Assembly: GCA_964016885.1 (NCBI GenBank)
Contig: OZ024740.1
Location: 197,718,001-197,782,000 of the forward strand
DNA from: Eledone cirrhosa
Taxonomy: Eukaryota
Length of the DNA stretch: 64,000 bases
Direction: 5' to 3'
A program made the translations under genes and the position numbers. This document shows, one piece after another, positions 53,401 to 64,000 of this stretch (the first letter of the stretch is position 1; each line of letters begins with the position of its first letter). The notes below the pieces were generated by a model that worked only from the letters and a program-made list of their open reading frames with translations, was not told the DNA's origin and did not search any database.

Positions 53401-54374
53401 GATGCATAATAGAGATGATTTAAATCAGTAATGTTTAGTTTGTTTGTGATGATAATGTTTTTGAGAATTATGTTAGTCTTGTGTATTATCTTTTGGTTCT
53501 GTTTGGAGTTCTGGATCTTAGGGAGGGTGTCTCGTTGCCCCATGTCAGATTCTTTCATTTTCATCCATTCGATCATAATTTCATCCTTCAAGTTAGCAAG
53601 TTCATTCTCATTCATTTCTTTATCATTTACGATCTCATTATTTTCATTTTGAGTTTCATCTTGAGCATGCACTCCCTCCACTTTTTCGATCCTTTCTTTA
53701 ATTTGTTCTGTTGCCAGTGATTCCGCCCCAACCCTGGGATTCGAAGTGTTACAATTTACCTCGTTTTCACTGACACATGTTTCATTTTCCGTTCGCTGAC
53801 TTTGTGCTAATAGCTTGATCTGATCAATTTCTATATCAGTTAGTAACTTTTTTCTTACAATATTTCTTCGTATATTGGCTAGTTTGTTGCTGTCAATATA
53901 GCCTCTGTTTTCGGGATGTTTCTTTTTACAGTTGATATATGTCTGTTCTGTATTCGATGTATTTGGGTAGTACATGGCAGTGTAGAAAGCCTCAAGGACT
54001 TCTTTATTATCTTCCCTTGACCATTTTTCTCTCTTTTTCTTTGGATTTCTTGGTGGTGAGCATGGAGGGCCAACAGTAGGAGTATTCCGGTTATGGGAGG
54101 TCTCCAGCTCCGAAGTGATGGGAAGGTTTGAACCATTAGCTGATTTTTCGACCCCAGTCTGGTTCCTCTCTGAGGGACGCGGCCCTTTTTTACCCGGGTG
54201 ACGGCCGATCCGGTATGAGATTTTATCATTAGACATTTACTTTATTTTGTCGCGTTTTATCCTTATCCGCCAAGGGGTAATCATTTCGTGTTACCACTTC
54301 TAGAACGAGTGTCAACCAAGACTAGAGGGGTCGTTCTCCCCTAGAGACACGGCTATTCCCCGCCGGTCGCCATC
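50474..54374 (-). mobile_element. R4/Dong-clade non-LTR retrotransposon, apparently full length, in (TTA)n
   Basis: Single long coding region with a ~140-nt 5' UTR. (TAA)n on both flanks on the element strand. Dong elements are known to target TAA repeats. Confidence 0.92.
50618..54236 (-). pseudogene. Dong RT + restriction-like endonuclease ORF, one frameshift (~52632) and one nonsense codon (52409-52411)
   Basis: NYRPITCL, EQKGC, WIDYKKAFDSLPHS*, GIFQGDTLSPLLF, LFYMDDLKL, YKYLG, GGRGL, CRVC..ETIDHIISMC, RHD, NRPDII, PVVVGALG. Confidence 0.92.
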
Positions 54375-54813
54375 TTATTATTATTATGATTATTATTATT
54401 ATTATTATTATTCGTACCAGTAATACACTGGGAAATTGCTAGCCTTGTGCCAAAAGTAGAAACAATTATTATTATTATTATTATTATTTACATCCCTTAC
54501 ATTAAACTACAACCATGTTGACAATGTTTAATTTATGTTTACCTTGTGAAATTTTTGGTCTTGTTTTGCTTAACTAATGAATATTTCCAGCTCTGCGCAC
54601 CTAACCTCTGCATGAACCCAGCCACCTAGCTGCCTTCCACTGCATATTGCACATTGAGCACATGCCTTTACGCTTTTGGCTTCTAACTAATTCACCAATC
54701 TCTCTTTTCCTCTCCTATCTCAATCTCTCTCTTTAAGATTGCTTACTCTTGAACTGTGTATATATATATTTATATATGTATGTTTGTTTGAATGTATGTA
54801 TGCATATATACAC

Positions 54814-54877
<64 letters not shown>

Positions 54878-54880
<3 letters not shown>

Positions 54881-55357
54881 AAAAAATAGAGGTGTAACAC
54901 ACGAGTTGTGATATATTAGTAAAAGGAAAAGAAAATGCTAACAAATTTTTCCCAGTGAAAAATAGTTTAATTAGGAATAAGTATAAATTAGTAATTGTTT
55001 CTACTTCAGGCACAAGGCCAGCAATTACCCAGTGTTTTACTGGTACTTTATTTTATCGACCCGTAAGGATGAAAGGCAAAGTCAACCTCGGCGGGATTTG
55101 AACTCAGATCGTAAAGGGACGTAACTATGCTGGAAAGCATGGCGTCTGACCCTCTACAGATACTGCCAATCCACCACCCTTATAAATTAGTAATAAGTAT
55201 TGGTTAGTATTCAGTTTTAGTTTTAAGTTTTTACCGGTTGCGCATTTCTAATGCTTTTCAAAAATAATTTTGAGATAGAGCGCTCGTGATGTTTGCTCTA
55301 ATCAGATTAGAGCAAACATCACGAGCGCTCTATCTCAAAATTATTTTTGAAAAGCAT

Positions 55358-55359
<2 letters not shown>
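54878..55359 (-). mobile_element. Diverged Neptune-1 terminal fragment, interrupted by a SINE and ending in a perfect palindrome
   Basis: ATAGAGGTGTAACACAC matches the reverse complement of the 3' end at 19850-19880. Arms 55249-55303 / 55305-55359. Confidence 0.75.
54996..55180 (-). mobile_element. SINE family M with 14-bp TSD
   Basis: TSD TATAAATTAGTAAT at 54982-54995 and 55181-55194. Confidence 0.92.
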
Positions 55360-55388
<29 letters not shown>

Positions 55389-55852
55389 GTAAACGGAATA
55401 GAAAATGCTGACAAATTGTTCACAGTTGAAAAATGGTTTAATTAGGAATAAAAGAGTATTAGTGATTGTATGGGTTAGTATTCAGTTGTGGTTTTAAGTT
55501 TTTAAGTTTTTACCGGTTGCGCATTTCTAAATGCTTTTCAAAAATAATTTTGAGATAGAGTGTCCGTGCTGTTTGCTCTGATCTGATTAGTTTTGGGAAT
55601 TCTACCTGTTTTTATGTTAAAAAAGTGGCTCCAATTTGCAAAAATTCTTGTGGTCAAAACAATTTTGATTGGTCGGTAGAGGTCATGTGAATGTAAAAAA
55701 TTGATTTTGCGCCAAGACTGTTTTTATGTTAAAAAAGTGGCTCCAATTTGCAAAAATTCTTGTGGTCAAAACAATTTTGATTGGTCGGTAGAGGTCATGT
55801 GAATAAAAAATTGGTTTTGCGCCAAGATTGAGAAATGACTCTTTCACAACAA

Positions 55853-55904
<52 letters not shown>

Positions 55905-55973
55905 TAGTAGTAGTAAGGTGTTCGATGTTGTGATAATGGTTAGCAGCGATGTGTGTCAAATGGCTATTAAGAT

Positions 55974-56031
<58 letters not shown>

Positions 56032-56146
56032 CAGAGTAATTTGTGGTGGCAGGGATGGTCAGTAAGAATGTGTCTGAAAGCAATGGGGGGTATTTTAGCA
56101 TGTCAAAAGATATTTTTCAGCTTTTGTCTTATACGGAGAACAGTAG

Positions 56147-58012
56147 GGAGTACAGTAGTCCTAATGGAGACAGAATTCTATATCAACTTAGCGCTCTCCA
56201 CTTTGGAAAACGAAACATACTACGAAAAGGCTGAACACTACAATCAACAGAAAATTATGAGAAACCTAAAAACTCTAATCAACGAATACAAAGAAGGACT
56301 CACTAACAAGGAATTCAGCTTCATCACAGACTTCACAAGTAAATCCAGCCCTTTCTACGGTATCCCTAAAGTACATAAAAGCGAATCAATAAGTAAGGCA
56401 TGCAAGGAAGCCACAGACAGTCATCAATGTCCCCTCACCCAATGATCTCAAATTAAGACCTATAATAGCAGGCCCCGCTTGCGAAACGCACCGTCTTAGC
56501 AACTTCATTGATACCCTTCTCAAACCCTTCCTCAAGCACATCAAAAGCTATATAAGGGACGACCTAGATATGCTCAATCACCTCCCTAATATGCCACTTT
56601 CTGAACAAACCCTACTAGTGACGTTCGATGTAGTCAACCTATACTCCAACATCCCCCACAACCTAGGAATAGAAGCTATCCAATTCTGGCTGGATAATTT
56701 CCACAATGAACTCCCACAACGCATCAAAAAAGAATTCGTGATAGAGGGACTCAAATTTATCTTGGAGAACAATTACTTCGTTTTCAATAACAAACCCTAC
56801 AGGCAGAAATCTGGGACCGCTATGGGAACGAAAACAGCCCCCACTTATGCCAACCTAGTCATGGGATACCTGGAAATCACCCTCTACACTAAAGTCCTAA
56901 CCAAATTTGGAGACACCCTCCACTTACACATTGAAAGGAACTGGAAGCGATATCTAGATGACTGCTTCATCCTTTGGCACGAAAACATCGAAAAACTTAA
57001 AGAATTTCACACCCTTATAAATGGGCTCAACACAAATATTAACTTCACGATGGAATACAGCCATCAACAACTCCCCTTCCTCGACATCCTCATTAAGATC
57101 CATAACAAAAAAATAGAAACAGACATATACTACAAGCCCACAGACTCCAAGCAATATCTCCCCTTCAACTCTTGCCACCCTAGACACGTTAAAATTAATA
57201 TTCCCTACAACTTAGCCAAGAGAATCTGTACTATAGTCTCCAATAAAAACATCTGCTACTTACGGCTACAAGAACTAAAGGACACACTCATAGGCAGGGA
57301 CTACCCTGCATCACTAATTGACAATGGAATCCAACGTGCCCTAAAACTCAGTACCCAGGACCTTAGACACCCTAAAGTAAATCAACCAAAACTAAAAGCT
57401 CTTCCATACATCTCCACACACAACCCCCTCAACAATGAGGCCTTTGACACCATCCTCCAGAACATCCCTGTATTGAAAAAGGACCATAGAATGAACCAAA
57501 TTCTACGAACACACGATATCATAAAGAGCAAAAGACAATCCAAGTCAATGAAAAACATCTTAACACATGCCAAAGTACTACCAACCACAACAACGAAACC
57601 CACAGTAAAAAAATGCGATAGACCCAACTGTGGCATTTGCATCAACCTAATAGAGGGTTCGGAATTCTATTTCAAAGATGGACAACGTTTTATAGTAAAA
57701 CACAATTTCACATGTGCATCGGAAAATCTAATATATGTATTAACTTGTTCAGGTTGTCGAGAACAATACATAGGCCAGACCAAAAACAGCCTCCGCCAAC
57801 GCATGACTGTCCATAGATCTCAAATCAAAATACGGGAATACAGGAAAATACCACTGAGTGAACACATTGATACCTGTGCCGCCCAAAATCATCCCGACTT
57901 CAGAATCTTTCCCCTCTACAAATTTAAAGATAATGCCACCCACACCCAGCGCATCAGCAAGGAATCTTACTTCATTAACAAATACGGACCCCGTCTAAAC
58001 ACTTCTCCCTAA
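56147..58012 (+). pseudogene. Neptune-type RT + GIY-YIG, 5'-truncated at the (DK)GSTVV motif, frameshift ~56415; open frame 56570..58012
   Basis: FYGIPKVHK, LRPIIAGP, FDVVNLYSNIP, GTAMGTKTAPTYANLVMG, WKRYLDDCF, LPFLDI, KCDRPNCGIC, FTCASENLIYVLTCSGCREQYIGQT, RMTVHR. Confidence 0.93.
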
Positions 58013-58152
58013 GACGAACCCACAACATACACACGTCAACATAAATACCTCCATCAGCACACATCTCTACCCACATATAAACACAATGACATACGTAAAC
58101 ACACATGCTCTATGGTGCAACACAAAAAAATATATGTGCATATATGTATGTA

Positions 58153-58304
<152 letters not shown>

Positions 58305-58446
58305 ATATATGTGTGTGTATATATATATAGTGAATATCATTTCACACCCTTTTTTTGTTAAGATTTTTGATGTTCTATTAAGAGAACCGATTTTACTGAA
58401 AAAATCGAATAATGTACACCATTTTACCAGGGGGAAAAATACTGGT

Positions 58447-58498
<52 letters not shown>

Positions 58499-58667
58499 AT
58501 ATATACACACACACATACACACGCGTACATCAACATACAAAGAGACTTATATATACACACACACTTCTCCGTATAAGACAAAAGCTGAAAAATATCTTTT
58601 GACATGCTAAAATATTGCTTTCAGACACATTCTTACTGACCATCCCTGCCACCACAAATTACTCTGC

Positions 58668-58718
<51 letters not shown>

Positions 58719-58787
58719 ATCTTAATAGCCATTTGACACACATCGCTGCTAACCATTATCACAACATCGAACACCTTACTACTACTA

Positions 58788-58823
<36 letters not shown>

Positions 58824-59233
58824 TTGTTGTGAAAGAGTCATTTCTCAATCTTGGCGCGAAACCAATTTTTATTCACATGACCTCTACCGACCAATCAAAA
58901 TTGTTTTGACCACAAGAATTTTTGCAAATTGGAGCCACTTTTTTAACATAAAAACAGTCTTGGCGCAAAATCAATTTTTTACATTCACATGATCTCTACC
59001 GACCAATCAAAATTGTTTTGACCACAAGAATTTTTGCAAATTGGAGCCACTTTTTTAACATAAAAACAGGTAGAATTCCCAAAACTAATCAGATCAGAGC
59101 AAACAGCACGGACACTCTATCTCAAAATTATTTTTGAAAAGCATTTAGAAATGCGCAACCGGTAAATACTTAAAAACTTAAAACCACAACTGAATACTAA
59201 CCCATACAATTACTAATACTCTTTTATTCCTAA

Positions 59234-60349
59234 CTAGCAGTAAAGCCCGGCGTTGCTCGGGGTCGCTCAGTAGCTGTGTTAAAGTTACAATGTTAAGTTT
59301 CTTTTTTGGCTTAAAAACTGTAGTGTCTACTGTGCAGACTTGCATGTGGTGTTTTTGATTAATATTCCCTCAACCAACAATATGCCTTATGAAGTTAAGA
59401 AAACATAACGATAACCCGACTGTTATAACAAAAGAGGATGCTGGGGATAAAAACTGCACTGGTTATTTATTAACAAAGATCGAAAATGTAAACACTGCAA
59501 CGCAGAGAAAAACATTAGCGTAACCAAATTATCAGTTATGTCTGTCTGCACGCCTATATCACCTCTCTGCACGACTATCTGTCTGCACGCCTATATCACC
59601 TCTCTGCACGACTGTCTGTCTGCACGCCTATATCACCTCTCTGCACGACTGTCTGTCTGCACGCCTATATCACCTCTCTGCACGACTATCTGTCTGCACG
59701 CGTATATCACCTCTCTGCACGACTGTCTGTCTGCACGACTGTCTGTCTGCACGCCTAACGAAGTTTACAGATACATATATTTTAAATAAACTTATATAAT
59801 TTTTGCTTTTTTTTACGAAATATTTGCTTGTTTTACGTAGTCTTTAAATAGACTTGTTTTCAAGTAAAAATATTGTTTTAAAATGTTTTTAAATGGAAAT
59901 GAAGCTTGTTTTACGTAGTCTTTAAATAGAGTTGTTTTCAAGTAAAAATATTGTTTTAAAATGCTTTTAAATGGAAATGAAGCAAAACGGAAGCTTAGTG
60001 TTCGAACTGATGAATTTTGCAGGTCAATATTTTGCTGGCTCGACAACTGTTCGTGTATTGTGTTAATGTCATTTTAAACGCTGAGAAAGCCAGCGTAATT
60101 TTTTACGTAAGACGCTCAATGTAAACAGAACAAAGGGAAATAACTGATAACTTACGCTCAAAAATCGATACATTATATTCGATTTCGTCACATAGGGTGG
60201 GTCAATTTGAAATATTTTTTTCCGATGTCTTCGCTAGGGCTCAATGTACAAGTATAGCAATTTCGGTGCAATTCCGTGAGAGATTCTAAGAGGAGATGTG
60301 TGCCAAAAATCGATAGACAGACAGACAACCACAGTTTTATATATATAGA
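59234..60349 (-). mobile_element. Non-autonomous Helitron inserted precisely at an AT dinucleotide
   Basis: Minus strand A|TCTATATATATAAA ... CCCGAGCAACGCCGGG..GCTAG|T. Removing it restores CCTAATTAAACC as in the other pLTR copies. Confidence 0.9.
59540..59756. repeat. ~37-bp minisatellite inside the Helitron
   Basis: About 5-6 head-to-tail copies of TCTGTCTGCACGCCTATATCACCTCTCTGCACGAC. Confidence 0.9.
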
Positions 60350-60445
60350 TTAAACCATTTTTCAACTGTGAACAATTTGTCAGCATTTTCTATTCCGTTT
60401 ACCAATATAATATATAATAACTTGTGTGTTACACCTCTATTCTTT

Positions 60446-60481
<36 letters not shown>

Positions 60482-60757
60482 TTTGCTTGTTTTACGTAGT
60501 CTTTAAATAGACTTGTTTTCAAGTAAAAATATTGTTTTAAAATGCTTTTAAATGGAAATGAAGCTTGTTTTACGTAGTCTTTAAATAGAGTTGTTTTCAA
60601 GTAAAAATATTGTTTTAAAATGCTTTTAAATGGAAATGAAGCAAAACGGAAGCTTAGTGTTCGAACTGATGAATTTTGCAGGTCAATATTTTGCTGGCTC
60701 GACAACTGTTCGTGTATTGTGTTAATGTCATTTTAAACGCTGAGAAAGCCAGCGTAA

Positions 60758-61600
60758 TTCACCTCCAACCATCCAAAGCACACGAAGACGAACATTCCTT
60801 TTAACCTAGCAAGAAGAATTTGCACAATTGTCTCCAATTATGAAACGCGAAATAAAAGACTTCAAGAATTAAAGGAAATTCTACTTGAGAGAGAGTACCC
60901 ACTATTACTAATAAATAATGGAATAGAAAGGGCTAAAGCAATAGGCATTGATGAATTACGGAAACAGAAACAAATTCAAGGTACGTCCAATATTCTATCA
61001 TATATCTCAACACACAACCCAAGAAATGCGGAAGCTTACAACACTATTCACAATAACACCCCACTACTAAAACAAAACCCAAGAACAAAAAAAGCCCTTG
61101 AAACACACAAAATAATCAAAAGCAAAAGACAACCAAAATCACTGAAAACATTACTCACCAATGCCAAATTACCTACCACAAACCCACAACCAAGTATCAA
61201 AAAATGTGGTCGCTCTAATTGTGGAACCTGCACTCACCTCATTGAAGGCAACACGTATACATTTAAATCAGGACAAAATTTTACTGTAAAAAATCACTTC
61301 ACTTGCTCAACAAAAAATCTAATTTATGCCATTAAATGTAAAGGATGCAATGAAGATTATATAGGACAAACTAAACTCACACTCAGAAACAGAATGACAG
61401 TTCATCGCCAACAATTACGAGATCCAACCACGAGACAAATACCACTAAGTGCACATCTAGACATTTGCGCAAGTAATAAGACACCCAAATTCCAAGTCTT
61501 CCCATTTTACCTTTGCGCTAACAATACAACAGAACAAATGCGAATAAATAAGGAAAATATGTTTATTCAAAAATATAGACCAACATTAAATAAGGTTTAA
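60758..61600 (+). CDS. Neptune-type family 2 RT thumb + GIY-YIG, 5'-truncated open frame without a start codon
   Basis: Manual translation is open from 60758: FTSNHPKHTKTNIPFNLARRICTIVS..KCGRSNCGTC..FTCSTKNLIYAIKCKGCNEDYIGQT..RMTVHR..KYRPTLNKV*. Confidence 0.9.
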   Translation, partial: FTSNHPKHTKTNIPFNLARRICTIVSNYETRNKRLQELKEILLEREYPLLLINNGIERAKAIGIDELRKQKQIQGTSNILSYISTHNPRNAEAYNTIHNNTPLLKQNPRTKKALETHKIIKSKRQPKSLKTLLTNAKLPTTNPQPSIKKCGRSNCGTCTHLIEGNTYTFKSGQNFTVKNHFTCSTKNLIYAIKCKGCNEDYIGQTKLTLRNRMTVHRQQLRDPTTRQIPLSAHLDICASNKTPKFQVFPFYLCANNTTEQMRINKENMFIQKYRPTLNKV

Positions 61601-62091
61601 TATACATTATGTCAACACCACAATATGACATACACACACACACATAACACCTACTTTAGAAAATAAAAACCCGAACTAAATAAACCTTAAACATACGTTT
61701 GCACTGGCAATACAACAGCAAACACGAAAAAGTCAGGAAAATATGTTCATTCAAAAATATTCCTACTAAAGGAATCATTTTCCTACACACACACATACAC
61801 ACACACAATATATATATATATATATATATATTCTCTTCATCTTAACATGTTAACCATACTCCCACACACATAACACCCATACACACACATAAAAACCCCC
61901 ACACCTACAACACCCTCCCCATTTCTACTAATAGAACCACTTTCCTACACACATATATATATACACACACAAAAAAAATATATATTCTCTCTATCTAACA
62001 TACTCGCACACACACACATAACACCCATATACACACACACACAACTCCCTCCCCCATCTCTACTAATAGAATCATCTTCCAATACACACAT

Positions 62092-62126
<35 letters not shown>

Positions 62127-62652
62127 AGCACACAAATAAACACATATCTTCAGTCTCAATAGAAAATCTGAACTCTGACACCTGAACTCTGACAGCTGGC
62201 CATATTCACTGAACCAGAACATTTCTCCCAATCCCTTTTCCCTTGACCACTATCTCTCCATTGTCATAACATTCACTATAAAGACTACAGAATAGTTTTC
62301 CAAATAAGGGCGCAAAAATGTAATGAAAACTTGTTCACGTGACAGCCAAATTTCATTTATAACCAACCAAAAAAAAAAAAAAAAAAAAAAAAAGCCTTCG
62401 TGAGCCTCATTTTTTCAAGTAAAAAGAAATTCAAACACTCATATATGAAAAAACAACCTGTGACAACCCCCCTCTCTTATTTGAAGAACTATTGTAACGC
62501 GAACTGGCGCGAAATTTATTATAATTATTGACAAACCAATCAAATTACTTCTCGAAAAACCTGGTTTTCGAGCCAGTTTTTCCATATAAAACAAGTAACA
62601 TTTAGAGACCAACCAGATGTGAGAAAAACCACAGACCCTCCATCTCAACTCA

Positions 62653-62690
62653 CCTTTTGAAAAGCAGAAGAACTGCGAAACCGGTAAAGG
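62653..62690 (+). ncRNA. Minimal hammerhead ribozyme with compensatory U3-A8 core
   Basis: CCTT-TTGAAAA-GCAG-AAGAA-CTGC-GAAA-CCGG-TA-AAGG. Stems I, II and palindromic III are intact, G10.1-C11.1 is kept, GUA cleavage triplet. Confidence 0.75.
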
Positions 62691-62827
62691 AACCAAATAA
62701 ATATATATATTTAAAAAAAAAATAAGACTCCAGTTGCATTTTCGATTTCATCTCTTTTTCTTTATACTTCCACTCGTGTAGGACACCTCGGTTATTTTTC
62801 ATTTTGTAAAAAAAACCTCACTTTCTA

Positions 62828-62861
<34 letters not shown>

Positions 62862-62899
62862 ATGTATGTTTGTTTGAATGTATATATGCATATATACAC

Positions 62900-62969
<70 letters not shown>

Positions 62970-63312
62970 TAGAAAAGGTGACAGGGACCTTGGAGCGCGG
63001 TGGTGGGGCCTTTTCTGTTTGCGATTTCGAAGAAAGATTCAAACATACTATTTGAAGAGGTACCACACCCCATCACTGGTATCTCTTAGAAGCATTCTCT
63101 TATATTTATTGGGAACTCATTCAGATAAAGTCCGAACGTTCTCTATGCGTGTGTACATAAAACAGCGTAATTCATGTAACAGGGTAACTTCGGTGAGATC
63201 TCGAAATGAACAATCAATATTGATAGAAAGTAGTATATTGATTCTATACATACTACATGAATGTTTCATTCAGTGCATGACTCCATGTGTTTATGAAACA
63301 CTCATAATAAAA

Positions 63313-63452
<140 letters not shown>

Positions 63453-63557
63453 ACACACACACACATGTATATATCTATATATGTGTGTGTATGTGTGTAT
63501 ATATATAAAAGCGTACATATGCTGTATATGTGGACGTGCAATTATATATGAATATAA

Positions 63558-63595
<38 letters not shown>

Positions 63596-63645
63596 TATAC
63601 GCGTGTGCGTGTGTGCGTGTGTGCGTGTGTGTGAGTGTGTGTATT

Positions 63646-63681
<36 letters not shown>

Positions 63682-63697
63682 TGAGAGAATGATAGAG

Positions 63698-63748
<51 letters not shown>

Positions 63749-64000
63749 GGGAGAGAGAGAGAGAGAGAAAGAGAGAAAGAGAGAGAGAGAGAGAAAGTAA
63801 GAGATAGAGAGTGAGAGAAAGAGAGAGAGGGAAGGAAAAAAGCGAGTGTTGGATAGACTAAAAAAAAAAGATGATTGGTAGTTTGATAGATCGATAGGTA
63901 CATATGTAGCAGAGTGTGAGAATGCATTTTTCACAGCTAAGCTAAATTTATTGAGGCGTAACATTTCATTATTCATTATCATTATCGCCTTTTTACCTGT

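Larger units (their letters stand above)
60758..62828 (+). mobile_element. Neptune-type family 2 PLE with 3' region ending at (TA)n
   Basis: Coding frame above, CA-rich 3' UTR, hammerhead variant at 62653-62690, (TA)n from ~62828. Confidence 0.8.

Noticed and set aside
59540-59756. ~37-bp repeats superficially CRISPR-sized
   Set aside because: Head-to-tail with no unique spacers, in eukaryotic DNA inside a Helitron; no cas genes.

Overview
Very AT-rich, microsatellite-dense animal DNA. The SINE types and repeat landscape suggest an octopus/cephalopod (inference). I can support no host gene. Most of the window is a nested retroelement landscape. It contains at least five families of Penelope-like elements (PLEs; RT + C-terminal GIY-YIG; three Nematis-type, two Neptune-type) in or beside (TA)n tracts, most with inverted 5' arms, including a ~5.7 kb near-perfect palindrome. 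It also contains two Tx1/L1-clade LINEs sitting in (ATCT)n and (ATT)n tracts, a near-intact R4/Dong element in (TTA)n, CRE- and RTE-clade remnants, two non-autonomous Helitrons, two hAT-like TIR elements and many tRNA-derived SINEs. Most notable: (1) minimal hammerhead-ribozyme motifs in PLE 3' regions, including a covarying U3-A8 core (UUGAAAA) shared by two distinct Neptune families; (2) a recurrent fold-back/template-switch signature at PLE junctions beside (TA)n tracts, including a copy of neighbouring DNA; (3) apparent partitioning of microsatellite types among element clades. All calls are from reading the sequence by eye. Clade names are recalled from motifs and need HMM/phylogenetic confirmation.
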